Shown here: positions 38,380-53,000 of the stretch, in pieces | Position numbering within the stretch: the stretch's first letter is position 1 | Layout: each line of letters starts with the position of its first letter | Assembly (NCBI RefSeq): GCF_026571515.1 | Contig: NW_026858498.1 | Span: 310,001 to 374,000, forward strand | Length of the DNA stretch: 64,000 nucleotides | Origin: Ruditapes philippinarum | Taxonomy: Eukaryota | Direction: 5' to 3' | Made by a program: the position numbers and the translations under genes | Notes under the pieces: model-generated | What the model was told of the DNA's origin: nothing | Seen by the model: the letters and a program-made list of their open reading frames with translations, nothing else | Databases searched by the model: none

Positions 38380-41300
38380 ATTGGCTTAGGCATAATCAGT
38401 ATTTTGTTTAATTGTCTTAATTAGACATGTTGAATTCAACGATCCCAGTCAAAACCAACAGATAAAGATTTCTAGATGATTCTAATTATTGCAATTTCAT
38501 TTCAATAGCAACATTTACGAGAAAAACAGCTATAGAGAGTGAAGAGAAAAGCACATCATTTATTAACAGATTTGAAAATCTCCGGATATTTTATCGTTGC
38601 CAAATTTTTCATTATGTGCAAATTATCATTAAAATACATAATTTATAATTTACGTAAATATATATGGTTTTGTGCGTAACAAAATTCTATTCTGCATGAA
38701 AAATAGATTCTATGTGTACAAAACAGGCATGAAGGCAGATTGAAAGGATCTTTATCAATGTAACATTGCATTGTCAAAAACATGTTGCTCTTACGTATAA
38801 GATTGTAACGTATAAGATTGTTGATTCCAAATCATTCACAGACGGTATTACTTAGAAATACAAATATTCAAAACAGATGAAAGCACCTACATCATATACG
38901 AAAACATTCATTGACAGATGCAACATCTATTATTATAATTATAAAAAATCAATAACATAAGACATAAATTTCTATAATATTTTGTTTTCACTTTTCATTT
39001 TTTATAGTTTTTTTCTAATTTTATTGTGAGTATATTTAGTATTATTTATTCCATATGTTTCCGTTTAAAGTGCCTTAATTGATCAATGTCTACTATGATA
39101 TTTTTATGTATATATGCGTTTGAACCTCAGTGGAGTTACATTTATCAATAAGACTTTCTTTGTTATTTAATATTTTTAAAGAACCATCTCTTAGACAAGT
39201 AGACAATTACATGTGTTCACCTAAAAAAACCCAGATATTTCATTTTATATCATGATCTGATCCAAATAAACAGCTCAATTGTACATTATCATGTTTGAAC
39301 TTTGACATCAATTAATTTGTATCGTTTTATGTATACATAAGCACATTTATAAATATATTATGAAATAGTTAACTTAATCAATTCCCAAATGAACAGTCCT
39401 TCAAATTACTAAAATAATTAAATATTCATGAGATTTTTAAAATGTATAGTTTGTGATCAATAAAATATGAATCATATGAAACATCAGTAATAATATGCAT
39501 TTAAGTTGTATGTTACAATTTTTAGCAAAGTATTTTGACATATAAGATAAGGATATCAATGCAATTATTTAAAATGCATCAGTATGGTATTCTAATTCAT
39601 CATGAGATCTTATCAAATTTTGCAGAAAGTAATTGATAAATTGAGGTCTATCTCTTCTGATTCCGAGCATTTAATACATGACTTTCACAAGATAAATTTG
39701 ACATACCAGCTGCAGTTTTCTTCTTTAAATTGAATAACATGTCAAAGGAGTTTAAACAATATACGATACAATATTTTATAATTTTGATTGTAAATTGCTT
39801 CAAGGTTTTAAAATTTAATATATGCTAAAACAGTAAATACCTTAATATCACTTCATGCATTTAACTTAATGTCAAATATCGACGTGTATATTTTGCGTCA
39901 TGAATATTCAACCCGTGATGTAGTATAAATTTCCGATTCCATCCTCAATTCCACATTTTTATTTTCTTATTGCCGAAAATTAATAAAATAAAATGAATAA
40001 TTCGACAAAATATAGATATTTTAAAAGGTTTTCTTAAAGGAGTTGCTTTATTTACTAATAATATATAAAGATTGTTAAAAGCCTCCATTACAAGTAAATG
40101 GATATAAATACGTTTCTGTTTACGCCATATGTGCCGAGTTTCAAAAGCATTTTTTCCTTTCAAAGTTTTTTTAATAAAACATAATTTACGGTGTTTTATC
40201 ATAAAAAGAGAAACTGGCCTTTTGTGTATACTTTTTCTAATAAATTTCCTCACGTGCCATGTTTTTGATTAAAAATGTCTATTGCAAAGAAAAGTTTCCG
40301 ACGGAAATAAATATTCTAAAAAAATCTCTTTTCTTCTATTTTTTCTTTTCCTTTAGCGGATTAAAAGAGTCATTGACAGAGTCCTTAGTTTGTCACATTT
40401 TTACAGCTTAACCAAATAAACAGGTAGATATATTGTTCCATTTTTTTTTTAAGTAGAATCAATTATTTATTATTTTTGATACCAAAATTAAAAAACAAAA
40501 TGTGTTTTTCATTTATTCTATTTTAAGGAAGTTATATTGAATATTTATTGTAATGAAATTATTATAATTTAATTGTATACGTAAAGGTAAAGTAACATAT
40601 GTTCCTATCAAAAATTCAATTATCATGCTTAAAAAGAAGACGTTGACACTTAAAACCCTCATGGGATATTTAAAATAAATATGCTTACATGTCAACATGG
40701 AAACATTTTTAACTTTTTCAGTAATGTTCATTTGTCTAGTAACAATATTATCTGTTGTAAGATTTCGAATGATTTTCTTGTGTAGCTGTATTTTAAGATA
40801 ATTTTAAAAGAATTTTATGACAAAATCGAAATTTTATTAATTTATAAAAGCTTTTATGCAGATATACCCTTGTGGTGATGTATATTTTTAAAAGCTCAGC
40901 TGCTTCTATTCAAACTTTATTTATAGAAATAATATCACAAACCTATACTAAGTAATGATTTTCCTCTTTTTGGACACACGTCACCCTAAACGTGAACACC
41001 AAAACATAAACAATGATGATTTTTATGATTTCATGAGGATGCTTAGTCATGATTTTCCAAGACCTTCCCAAAAATGAAAAGAGACCCCAAAAAAACACGA
41101 AACAGTTTTGAACGTAAATATTTATGAAGGAAGGAGAACTGTAAAAATTGCAGCAATATCGAATATTACAGACTAGTTCATGGTTATTACAACACAAAAA
41201 TTTAAACAATAAAAATCTTTTCTGAACGTTGCCTCACTTTGTATCATCACTGTCCGTTTTAAACAATCATCAACAACAATGTCAAAGTTTCAAAAACTAA

Positions 41301-43196
41301 AGAACACAAAAATTAGTTGATACAATTAAAAAAATGAACTTGGGCACGCTTGATAAGTCAACAAAATACTCAACAATATTTAATCTCAAAAGGTACCTTA
41401 CAATTGCTATTTTTATACTGTCTATTTGTATATTTCAAAACCTTTACACTAAAATTTAAAAGAAAACATAAAAACAGAAAATAAAATAAAAACAACTAAA
41501 ACACTCCCCCCCCCAAAAAAAAAAGGTAGCACATACATTTAATAAACACATGAATCTCGTGCTTATATATTCATATATAAACAATGGATTGCCCCTTAAG
41601 TTACGAAAGATAATACAAAAATACATAATATTATTCACAAACGTAACCTTGTATCTGAATAAAGCTCATCAAATTTCTGTCACTATCATATGTTTCCACC
41701 TAAACACTTGATCTAAAAAATGAAAGGTCTCATTATGTCACAAACTGTTGTCATATGTGTGTGACAAATCATCTAAAACAATTGTGTGGTTCACATTTCT
41801 GTGTTTGTTTGTGTAACGAGGTGTACGTTTAAAGTACAAGTTTAAAGTACAAAGACATAGTTATGGGGAAAACAATCTAAAAGTGTGTATTTTGATATTT
41901 CCAACACAAATTGGATTTATGTGATAACGTGAAATGGTAACCATGACTGATATCTAAGTGACAAGTAAGAACATTTTAATTAGAATTTCAAATTATGAGT
42001 CTAGATGACGATACAAATAAGGTCAAAGTAAATATATCGTATATGGGATCAGCAGCTTGCTTTTTATAGCTTGCTTTTTATATTTATGTGTTGTTTTAAA
42101 AAAAACATTTGTTTGTGTAATTAATTGCACAATGCAACTACAATGTGTTAAAGAGAAAACTACAAAACAACTACAAAAACTACTTAGTCCAAGTACATAT
42201 ATCGTATGTATATTTTGTTTCATATTTTAAGAAAACATGCGTTTTTATACTATATAATATAATGATGCTATTAAGGTGACATACATTTTTATCAAGTCAA
42301 TAACCTCTGCAATTATTTTGCTGTAATAAGGTGGTAACAGCCATGTATCTGAACGAAATCATGAAACATACAAATGTATGCTAATCAGCATGCTCCGCTT
42401 GTTGTACGTGTCGAGAATTCGGATATCAGTAATATATTGCGAGGTATACATGTACATGTACTTGATATAAATAAATTACTTCTTGACAAAAATATATTTT
42501 TCTATTACTGAGGCGCACTCCTTCGGGAAAACTCGGTCAAATTAATCCACTATTCAGTTGTCATGACAAATGTATGAGATTTTTTGCTTTTGTTGAAAGA
42601 GATAGAATTACTTAGTGGAAGTATGAACTCTATACAATTTGAATAGAGGGATGGCCTTTTGGAAACGCAAAAATCTATATAAGAAAAAAACAACTTATTT
42701 CGGACCTCATGATCTGTTAGTTAAAATAATTTGTATGATATGATTTTCGGGTGATTTTAAACGGTATTTACCAAACATGTGAAACATAATTTGTCATGAC
42801 CTACTCTTACCCTATTGGACTATCCTTTCTCACAAGTATATGGTTTTCCATCAAGTATAGAACATTCCTACAAGTAAAGAGATAGGCCGGTCTGCACGTT
42901 TGGTTAGGCTTTATACTACCTCTAAGCTACAAATACTCAGCTTCAATATTTATCATACCAACACTTTAGAGGTTAAAGTAAGAGTCTTTCAAGTGAGACT
43001 ATGAGGGCCATTATATAAATATAAAACAACGTTAACTTTGCTTTTATCCTGAAAATTGCTGAAATAAAGGCAAACATAAAGCTCTATATTAAAAAGACTG
43101 TTCCTATAATGTTTATCGTACTTTGTATTCAAAATACTAAAAGTGACAAGAAAACTGACAATTTATGAATATTTGTACAAGACCAAAAACATAATT

Positions 43197-43981
43197 CTAA
43201 CACTATCGGATTTTTTTCTATATAAACAAAGAAGGTCCGAAGCGTGCATTATTCTACAACAATGCACTCGCCGTTCTTATTATCTCCCTGTGTATTTTCA
43301 CATTGAGGTCGCCATTTTGTTTAAAAATCTGATAAATAAAAACCATTTTTTGTCGAATTTTGTTTTGAAAGCTATCTAGAATGAAAGAAAATGGTCTAAC
43401 TAAGAAAATGAATCCGAACACCAATATCTTTAATTCAGTCGTTAACGCTATACAGAAGTATAAAGTGTTGTTTACGTGACGTCACAATGTAGCGCCAAAC
43501 AGCACGTGCAAAACAATCAAATCAAGTACGCTATTTTAATGTCGCAAACGAGTTAAGTTTCACATTTATCTCACTTTTAATAATTTGTATTTTGCTTGAA
43601 AAATTATAGAGTGTAATAAAATAAAAAAAACAATGTAGATCTCTAATATCGACGTTTTCAAAATTCGTTATTCTCAAAATGTTTCTAAACACGGTTGATT
43701 TAACGACAGTTTTTTTCAACCCACTGGAACAGCCTTTAAAGAATGTTTCTATGGGAAACTCTAAGGCGAAAACAAATTTAACCACCAAACATAAAGTCCA
43801 ACTTTATAATAATAATTTTATTTTTTCTTGAAGTGTTGTTTTCTTGTTTTCTTGTTCGTTCAAATGCTTTGTAATTAATCACTCAGGCCTATCGGCCTTC
43901 GTGATTATATTACTACGCATTTGAACTCAAACCGTGCATTATCCTACAACAATGCACTCAGAATTGATATCTATTTCCTAA
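43197..43981 (-). mobile_element. non-autonomous insertion with subterminal palindromic direct repeats (Crypton-like, tentative)
   Basis: Absent at ~15058; CTAA at both junctions; CGTGCATTAT(T/C)CTACAACAATGCACTC at 43243-43269 and 43933-43959; long hairpin at 43858-43926. Strand and class are inferred. Confidence 0.6.
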
Positions 43982-46900
43982 TTTTAAAAGAAAAAAGAAA
44001 TTTTATTAGAAAGAAGAAATTGTGTCATTTTTAGAACTTTGCTTCTTCCGAATTATAATATTGTTGTCAAAATAAGTAACTAACCTAAGTTTAGTTCCAT
44101 GCAATAACTCTGTGTTGTAGCCAATCGACTATAAACAAACATGCATGAGAATACTCTAAATTTAAAATAACTATTTTTATCTTTTAGAAAATATACCGCA
44201 AATAATGTTATGTGCTTTTGATTAAATAGTTAATAGTAAGTACTGACATAAATTATTTATAGGATTATGCATTTATTGAAAAGACTCAATAATAAACTGG
44301 ATAATGCTGTGTATTTTTCTTATTCATATTTTCTTGGCAGACACATCCATCATATTATTGCATAAGAAGATGTAAATGCATAATAAAGTAAAAGAAACCA
44401 TTATGGCTTACATTTTCACTCAGACAATATTGATTTTAAACATGCAATGACATGGCTGATAAATCTCGAACAAATTGTCAATATTTGAAGGTATTTTCTT
44501 TATGAATGTCTGATGACCCATTAGAGAAAACTATTTGACTATATGTTATTATCGGAAAATGCAATGGAATAAATACAATAACTATTGTTATTGTACGCCG
44601 TCGTCAAAATTTAAATTTGAAACAGAATATCAATCACATGCAAATTTCATCCTTACTGTTTTTTTCCATTAAATAATGAAGTTTTATGTTCAAAGTATAT
44701 TAATCTTAATATTCATTTTCCTACTTTTTTTTATAAAATGTAAAAAAAAAGAAATTGTATTTGTTTTTGTATGTTTGTATATTGTATGTCTAAATTGATA
44801 CATTTTGTAATTTGTTTGTGTGTACACTTATTTCGTCTACTCATGAATAAAAAGAGATGGACATTTCTGTACTGTTGATTTAAGTGTCTGTTGTTTTACA
44901 ATTGCTTTGACAAGTTATGACTTGACTGTCAGATAACTACAACACTGCATTTATTTAAGTCACTTTATTGTTTACTTTAAATTAACACCATGGTTCTAGT
45001 TACAACACATTGATTTTAGTTACATTAGTGTACTCGAAAAAATATCGAAAGCGTTATAGCAAATTGAAACTTATTTTGTCTTTTACCTCTTCACTCACTA
45101 TATACTCCTGGATGGACATAATATCACTATAAGTCAATATACATGTATGTACACATATATAAATGAAATAAAAAAACAAAAAAAACAAAACAAAAAAACA
45201 CACTAATACTTATGTCATTTGACATCAGTCTTTAATAGCTCAATAAGGAACAGAAATATAAATAATTTAAAAGAATGTTGCAAAGTAATCGTCCCATAAT
45301 TTGCACATATAATTAGTTGTTCATTAGTAGAACCTCGTGCCAATTTTTCAGTTAATATCGGAATACTTGAGAATTGCTTGAAGTGAAAGGGTTTTATGTA
45401 TAGTAAGAGCACTTGTTTATGGACACAACTAATGGGACACCATTTGGCTTTGTAGTCATGTTTGCTGAAATTGACTTGAACAAATCTTCTTAAAATCCTA
45501 GAAAAGCTTCTGGAAAAAATCATTGAGTTCAAACATCTTTAAAAGGGGCCTTTCAAAATAATGCAACAATTGGACATCGGTCAATATATTTATACTATAC
45601 ATTCCATCGCACTTTCAAAGCAAAGGTTTAAGATAAATCTATGGCTTTATCATTTTTCATAATAGAATTCACTTCCTTTTGAAATGTTCTTAATTCCTCC
45701 TTATATGATATGATTAATTAATTGAAAATTCAATCTTTTTCTTTAGTTAGAAAGTAGCTAAAAGTAAATGTTTTTTATCAATCAGTCTTAAATTTCTTTC
45801 TAAAATTATGTTGTCTACTGCGTGTTATCACATATATAATAAACAGACAGTTGCATAGTTTTGCTGCATACAATATTTTTATCGTATTATATGTTTTGAA
45901 AAATTCTAACACACCTCGTGATTTTGTCACGAAGTAGGAACACGTTTTTAAAATGCCCATAAACACCGGTTAAAATTCTTCAATTTGGACTTAATGGTTG
46001 ACAAGTGTATAATGCTAGTTTCAAAAAACATAATGGTGCGCTTTTTGTTTACTGTGTGAAAAGATCTGAAAATTTGAACTTTGTGCATTTTGTTTCCATT
46101 ACTTATCATACCTAGATATAGACGGTAATTTTATACTGTATATGAACATACATATACAATAACATCATGCATGAAGTTTACACTATACTTTAATAAATAA
46201 AAGTTTACACAAAATACTGTCTATTTGCACCAAAACTTTTAAGGTGAACAACCGATGAAACCAGGCCAACGTAATGTAGATCATGAACCAAGATAACAAC
46301 AAAAACAAATTGTAAATAATATTTGCATATCTATTTCGCAATCCTTTGAGAAAACTTTGGTTCATTCATTAATTTGAAATGTTGTATACGATGATTAACC
46401 AGTTCGTGCCACTACTTTGTTAGTATAAGAAACCTATATATATTCATAGAGTTTCAATTGTATCCTATCTGTAATGTTCTAGAAGGAACATACTATTCTC
46501 TATATATACATATAGGCTTTCGTTGTGATGATCCTGTATTTAGAAGATGGTAATACTAGAATTAACTCATTTTTTATTAAATGTTAAGGTCAATTCTTGC
46601 TTGTGCTAGAGGACATGGGTGTAGAATGTATGTACCACTGCCGTCCACGAGTATGCTAAATCAAACAGGGCCTAATTATTTATAATTTTTTTGTCGAAAC
46701 TCCCGTTAATTATTTTAAATTGATCCTTTTCAATCTTGTGACTGCGGTGTATTCTATGATAAAAGATGTTTAAAGAGATTCCAAATTATAAAGTATAAAA
46801 CCTATTTACCCCGATGTATAAGAAGATTTGTCAGGGAAAATCGATGCTTATATCCGTTGTTTTTTTGTCCTCGGTCATGTTTGTTCTTATTCAATCATTA

Positions 46901-48369
46901 ACACTCTACTCATAAAAGCATGTAATGAGCACTAGGTAATCACTATGATATTGTTGCTTTGCAATCGACTTATAATATATCGGCACAAATCGAAATGCAA
47001 CGGCAGATTATTAGTTTACACAGTCCATTAAGTATCCAAAGAATCAGATTAACCAACTTCTTATTTCAGTTCAGCGGGAAAATATTATATAAATTTGAAG
47101 GCTGAATATACCCGTATAAAATTACAAAATTTACCATATTTCATTTATACAACATCAATTCTGCCTTTACAAGTTTTGGAGGTCGGACATGAATGATAAG
47201 TGAATTTACCATCTGCTTATTTGACAGACTCAATTCAATTGAGCTTGCAGCTTTTTCATTTCTTCTCAACTATTTTATCTCTGACACCAGGTCACATACT
47301 GTTTCGAAAATTGTCAATTCGATGAGTAACTGAGCGCTTTCGTGAATTATGTGTTACCTGTTGTACATTTCGAGGTTATACAATCTAATTAAAATAAGAA
47401 TCTGGAAAAGAGATGATTCCTTTGGAAGCAGTGAAACAACAATATTATATGAAATCTGCAGACTCAGTTTGAGTTTGTTCATTAAAGGTGATGATAAAGT
47501 GCAACATCTCTCACGTCCCATAGAAACGGGATAAGCGGCATTTAATGTTCAATACTTAAGTCCTGGAATCAATGATCCTGAAAGACCTGAAAAATTTTAC
47601 AACATGGAGATGCTTTTTTTTATAAAAAGAATTTTTATCTCTATTTCAAAAGGTTAATAAACAAAGTTTGCTGAATACTTATCATTTTAGGCAGATATTT
47701 CCTACATTTAATGCATGCTAAATATGTAATTGCATTAAAATAAAAACAACATAATTCCGTATATCTTCCGTAAGACGATATTGACATTTTATGACGTGCA
47801 CATACGCAAATAAAGGGAAAAAACATAAGAATAAAACAGCCGTCTTGAAACAGCCGTAAGATATTTAAAGAAGGCCCTAAACGGCAAATTAAAAATGTTG
47901 CAGGATTAGATTGATCCGGTTCATGGGCAGTAGCGGCAATTGCATGCTACCGTCCACGCTCCCAAAATGATCAAATTTCAAAGTTAGAGACATCCGTTTT
48001 CATGACAAAAAATATTAAAGTGTTTGACTATTTTATAACCTATTTACTGATATTCAGACACACTAGAGATAAGACATATGAATTTATTAAGGCAATATGT
48101 CTGTAAAAAATTGTAAAGGTACAATGTGATAACATATCTCTTCATACAAAATATTAATTGACTTTGATTAGCTCTCTCCATATTGTAAACAATGAAAATG
48201 GCATCATCTTAATTTTTTTTGGTATGCAACGTAAACATGTTTACAAACATAGCGTGTTTTATTTCAAAAGAAGTTAAAATTTCTTTAGTCAAAGAAAAGT
48301 GTATCATACGCATCTCACGCTTAACATTTTCAATTTTACCATTTAAACGTTCATTGCGGTCAGTGTGTA

Positions 48370-48472
48370 CTGTTATGTTTGGTGTCCTGCTGGGCTCCTT
48401 GCCGCTGGTCCTGTGTTGGGGAGGATGAATTCACTGAATAGCCCTTCCTTGTTGATTTTATTTTTCATATTT
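48370..48472 (+). mobile_element. older 3'-end fragment of a related Penelope-like element
   Basis: TGTTTGGTGTCCTGCTGGGCTCCTTGCC..CCTTCCTTGTTGATTTTATTTTTCATATTT resembles 34707-34815. Confidence 0.65.
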
Positions 48473-49838
48473 CTAATTATATCTGTTCAGTACAGTCTGT
48501 ATACAGACACACTTTGGAATATATTTTTGTAGAAAAGAGAGAATAATAAAAATGTTTTAGGATATAATTCACTTTCGTAGCGAGGGAAGTAAATTTAAGA
48601 CAGCATTACTTTGAATTTTATTTTCTTATATTGTTAAAATAAGAGCTCTGATAGCAACACAATAAATTATAATAACAAAAGTAAGCACATTTATAACTCT
48701 ATGATTGTATGCATTATATATATTATTTACTCATTCAGATCGTTATTATTCACAAATTTGTATCGCAAGAAATATATAACAACAAATCCCATTACGCTCA
48801 CATCTTTTTAAAATTTAAAAGATAAGAGTCATTAGGGAAATATTCTATTTGGAAGTAACAATATTTAGGTTGTTTTCCAATTTTGCAGAATCATACTTGA
48901 AAGATGTTACAAACATTTTTTACATTTATTACATTCACATTAGGGAATTTCAAAATATGCATCAGGCATATATTGTGCAAATAAATTGGTCAATAGCTTA
49001 ATAGAATAACAGTAGGTTTCGTATTGGGAGTTTAGGTTAAGAATCCTCCTATGTTTTATTCAAGTTCATCTCTGCTCTGGAATTTTTCAGCTGCCTTTGT
49101 GATTGACAATATCTTCAAAATCAGAAGAAATATTTCAAGGGCAAACGGATATAATCCTATAATCAGGAAAAACGCCTTTGTATTAAAGTCACAACGGATG
49201 AGACAACTGATTGATTCCATTGATGTATAAATAACATCGAATTAAGATAAAACTTCTCGCTTTATTATTTTAGAATTGTAAAATAAAATACTAAGAAGAA
49301 AACTGTAAAAGGTGATGTAAATTGTGATACGAATACAAATTCAATTTAGCTTAAAACAATATACATTGCTTAAAGCCAAACACATAACCGTAAAACATAG
49401 CTAATTAAATATCATCAACTGTTCAATAATGTTTAATTTCTGACAAAACATTCGGTATAATAAAATGTGTCTTTTGCACGTGTCTAATATCACCTACAGT
49501 TCTGTCAACTCTACTTAGCAGAAAATAGTCTGTATTCTCGTATTGTTTTAATATTTTAAAATATCTGTCTCAAAATAACTGTTATTGCTTTTAGTGGGTA
49601 ATTGTTTGTCAATTTACATTTTTTAGTGTTTTGCATTATTTATACAAGATAGAAATGGGTATGTCAGTTACTAGTATATAAATATTTATTTAATAAGTGT
49701 TTTATCGATTAGACATAAATAGCAATTTGCATCGTCAGTTGCGTATATACATGTATATAATAGTCAACAATGTGCTACAGGTGTTTCTACGTATGTGCAA
49801 AAATATCATATAATATTTATAGGTTTGTGAAAAACCAT

Positions 49839-50070
49839 GGGGGCCACAGTGTCCGATTGGTTTAAGTCATTGACTTTACTTTAAACCACTTGTCCTCATC
49901 GCTGTAGGTTCAAATCCCACCAGGACTTTTATTTCTTTCATGTAAAGGAGCTATCCAGCTAGGTGCCCACTTGTGCCTGAAATAATGCACGGAAGGGCAT
50001 TTAAGTTTTTCCTCCACTAGTAAAGTTGGAAAGTCGCAATATGACCTCTACAGTGATGGTGCGCAAACAA
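49839..50070 (+). mobile_element. tRNA-derived SINE, near full length
   Basis: GGGGGCCACAGTGTCCGATTGGTTTAAG (box A), GGTTCAAATCCC (box B), same body as 27958; flanked by the TSD-like TGT(G/C)AAAAACCA. Confidence 0.85.
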
Positions 50071-53000
50071 ATGTCAAAAACCAGTGAAAGGCGCACGCTA
50101 ATTTTACACATGCTTTCAATATGCAACTATTTTGGTTTTGAACTTTGATTGCTTACTGTGCTCTGTTATGTTACGTTCTGCTTCCTGTGTCCCAAATCAC
50201 GTTCAGTCATCTGCAGATACATATTAATCAATAACGATTTGGTTAGAAATTCAGTTTTATAATTGACACATGTTCTCCTTCTGGACAACTTGATACAATT
50301 ACGTCGGACAGAAATTAATTGTTCTAGTTGTGCCAGCCAGTCATGTTTAAAGGAACCTCTGGTTTTCAGAAAAACAAAAACAACAACATCGACAAACTGA
50401 ATTCTATAAAAGGAATATTTTTTTCATAGCGATATTCATTTTTCTCTTCAATTGTAACACTTTTTTGCTATATGTTTCGCCTAAAATATTACAAAGAATG
50501 TCACAAAAGATTAGTATGAATAGCTAGAAAACATAGCTTAAAAAAGGAACATAAATATATTGGCTACTCACAGGTTGACCAATTTAATATATTTAATACT
50601 TAGGTTAAAGTAGTTTCTCTATTTTGTTCAAATACTGATATGATTAATTGTATGTATTTTGTATCTAATTTTTGATGTCTATAAATATTGAAAAACTGCA
50701 TGTCCAGTTAATAGTACAATATTATGTATATTACCCATAATAATAATTCGTACTTCATAGAAACAGTATAATGTAATTGATCGTTGACTATTTCCCCTTA
50801 AAATATCGTCTTTGTAAAATGAATTTCAATTTATAAACCCGAAGAACAATCGATAATTTCTCTAAAAGGTGATTTCAAGGATAGCATTTCAAACGGTACC
50901 GATGTGTCCGGCATTGTTTACAGCTGCATATCAACAAACTTCTTTGAAAGACTTAGTCTTTTTATTGGTGAAAAATTAATGATTTTCCAAAAAAATAATG
51001 AAATTGAATGGGAAAAGATATATTAACAAATATCACATCTGCCTACTGTATATCAAATAATGAGAGGCAATTTGATAATGTAAAGCTGTTTTAGGTTTAT
51101 TTTGTTTTTCTTGAACTGATTAATGTTAAAGTGACATTATGCCCATCCGAGGGTATATAGTGAGTGAACGGATGAAGATAAAAATAAGTTTTTATTTTGC
51201 CATAATTCATTTTAACTTAATAATAAAGTTCGCATAAACAATAAATAATGCACAGATGTAAACGAAATTTCTATATTTATCCATAAGAATATACCTATAA
51301 CGCTTAGTTTGTAAAAAGAGTGGGGCAATCTTTTTAAATTATAGGCAGATTTATTATTTTATCCTAAACTTTTTCTAATATCAACTGTTGGTCAAACACC
51401 AATTTAACAATCAATAATTTGAAATATAAAGTCAATTCAGCTCAACTTGACTATGAAATTATGAGCATAATGTCACTTTAAATTATAAATATCTTTTTAT
51501 TTTTGTATCAAGCTACATAGATATGTCAACAAACAACATTTCTATTTTGCCAAACTTCTTGAGACTGATGTTCAAATATTTATAAAGTAAAAACATTTTA
51601 TTACAAAACGTCTGGTGTTTTACCCTTCGGAAAGCTATAATGTCCATGACAAATGATGGCCAGACCAACAAAGGGTTACAAAACGGGCAATTATTAAACT
51701 ATTGTGTCCAGAATAGCCTTTTTATGTACAGAATACTTGTGGTATAGACTTAATATAATACTGTATTCACTTGTTTAGTCAGAGAAATAGCTAGAATATA
51801 ATTGAAGTGCATATACAATGTTTTGCTTTTATTGTTCTGCAACTGTGCGACAGTGTATTAATTGCAAACGCTTCCTTCTACAAAATGAGTTGTTTTTCGT
51901 TTTGGATGTAGATAATACAAATGTATATTAAAATCGTTTTAATAATCAGTTTGTGTTGTGGTACGTTGAAAATTGTAAGTTAGTTTTTACCAGTAACTTC
52001 TCTTCCATTATTCCTCAGAAATGCTATCGTTTCTTTTTCTCAAAAACTGTTTATTTTGGTATCTTGTGAAGTTTCCAAAACCGTACTCATTTGCTTTAAA
52101 ATTTTGCATCATTAGCTCTGTTGGCAATTGGTATAATTATAATAAATTAGTATTTTGTATGGAAGTCAAAATACTACTTTGTTTACATACGTTCTCTCGA
52201 GAGTGATATGACTGAGTGATGAAGTGAAAATTGGCGACTCGGTTTGATGGAGTCTGTTCATGAGTGAGAATTGAAAATGTAAAAATTTCCCATTCCCCTT
52301 TGATACAGCCTAAAAAGGTATTCAATCTTAAACAAAATAAAGAATAACAAATCGAATAAAAATTTGATATGATGATCTATACATTGAAGAAACCATTATT
52401 CAAAATTTAATAATACAAGTAGATTCTTTATGACAGTTGTTCAAATATAGGTATTATAAGTTAAACTCATTAAACTTAAAGCAAATCCCATTTTTTAAAT
52501 ATTCTTGCAAAAATCTCCAGATGATAAGAATAAGCCTTGTTAGTTTGATGATTTTAAGAAACTGGTTTAAGATCGTTGACTTTATTTTGAAAGAAATAAA
52601 ATTAAAACAGCATAATTACCATCGAATTCAATGAAAATACATAAAATTCTTTTGAGTAATAATCATGATAGTATTGTCTAAAGTACCCTTGGAGACATAA
52701 GATATTGGTATGATTTCGATCATATATGTAGTGCACATTATTATGTTATGGTTAGGTTTTACGTCGTACCATAGGTCATACACGTACTGAGTTATTCTTG
52801 ATACTTCACATTTAGTTTCTATTATTCTGAGGAACAAAGACTTCTTTTTGTCATAAATGTGTTTTGTTACATCAAATGCTATTGGGTCAATGTCCTAACT
52901 GTTCTGCAGACAACATAGATAACAGGTTTTCAGCCTTATTTCCATAACGATTCCAAAATATGAATACAAAACATATGTATCATGTTTGGTTGCCTAACGT

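Larger units (their letters stand above)
10680..38560 (+). repeat. tandem segmental unit, copy 1 (~17 kb backbone plus ~11 kb of insertions)
   Basis: Collinear with 38570-55830 from AAAATCTCCGGAT (~10710 / ~38576) to AGAGAGTGAA.AGAAAAG (~38535 / ~55800). Confidence 0.9.
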
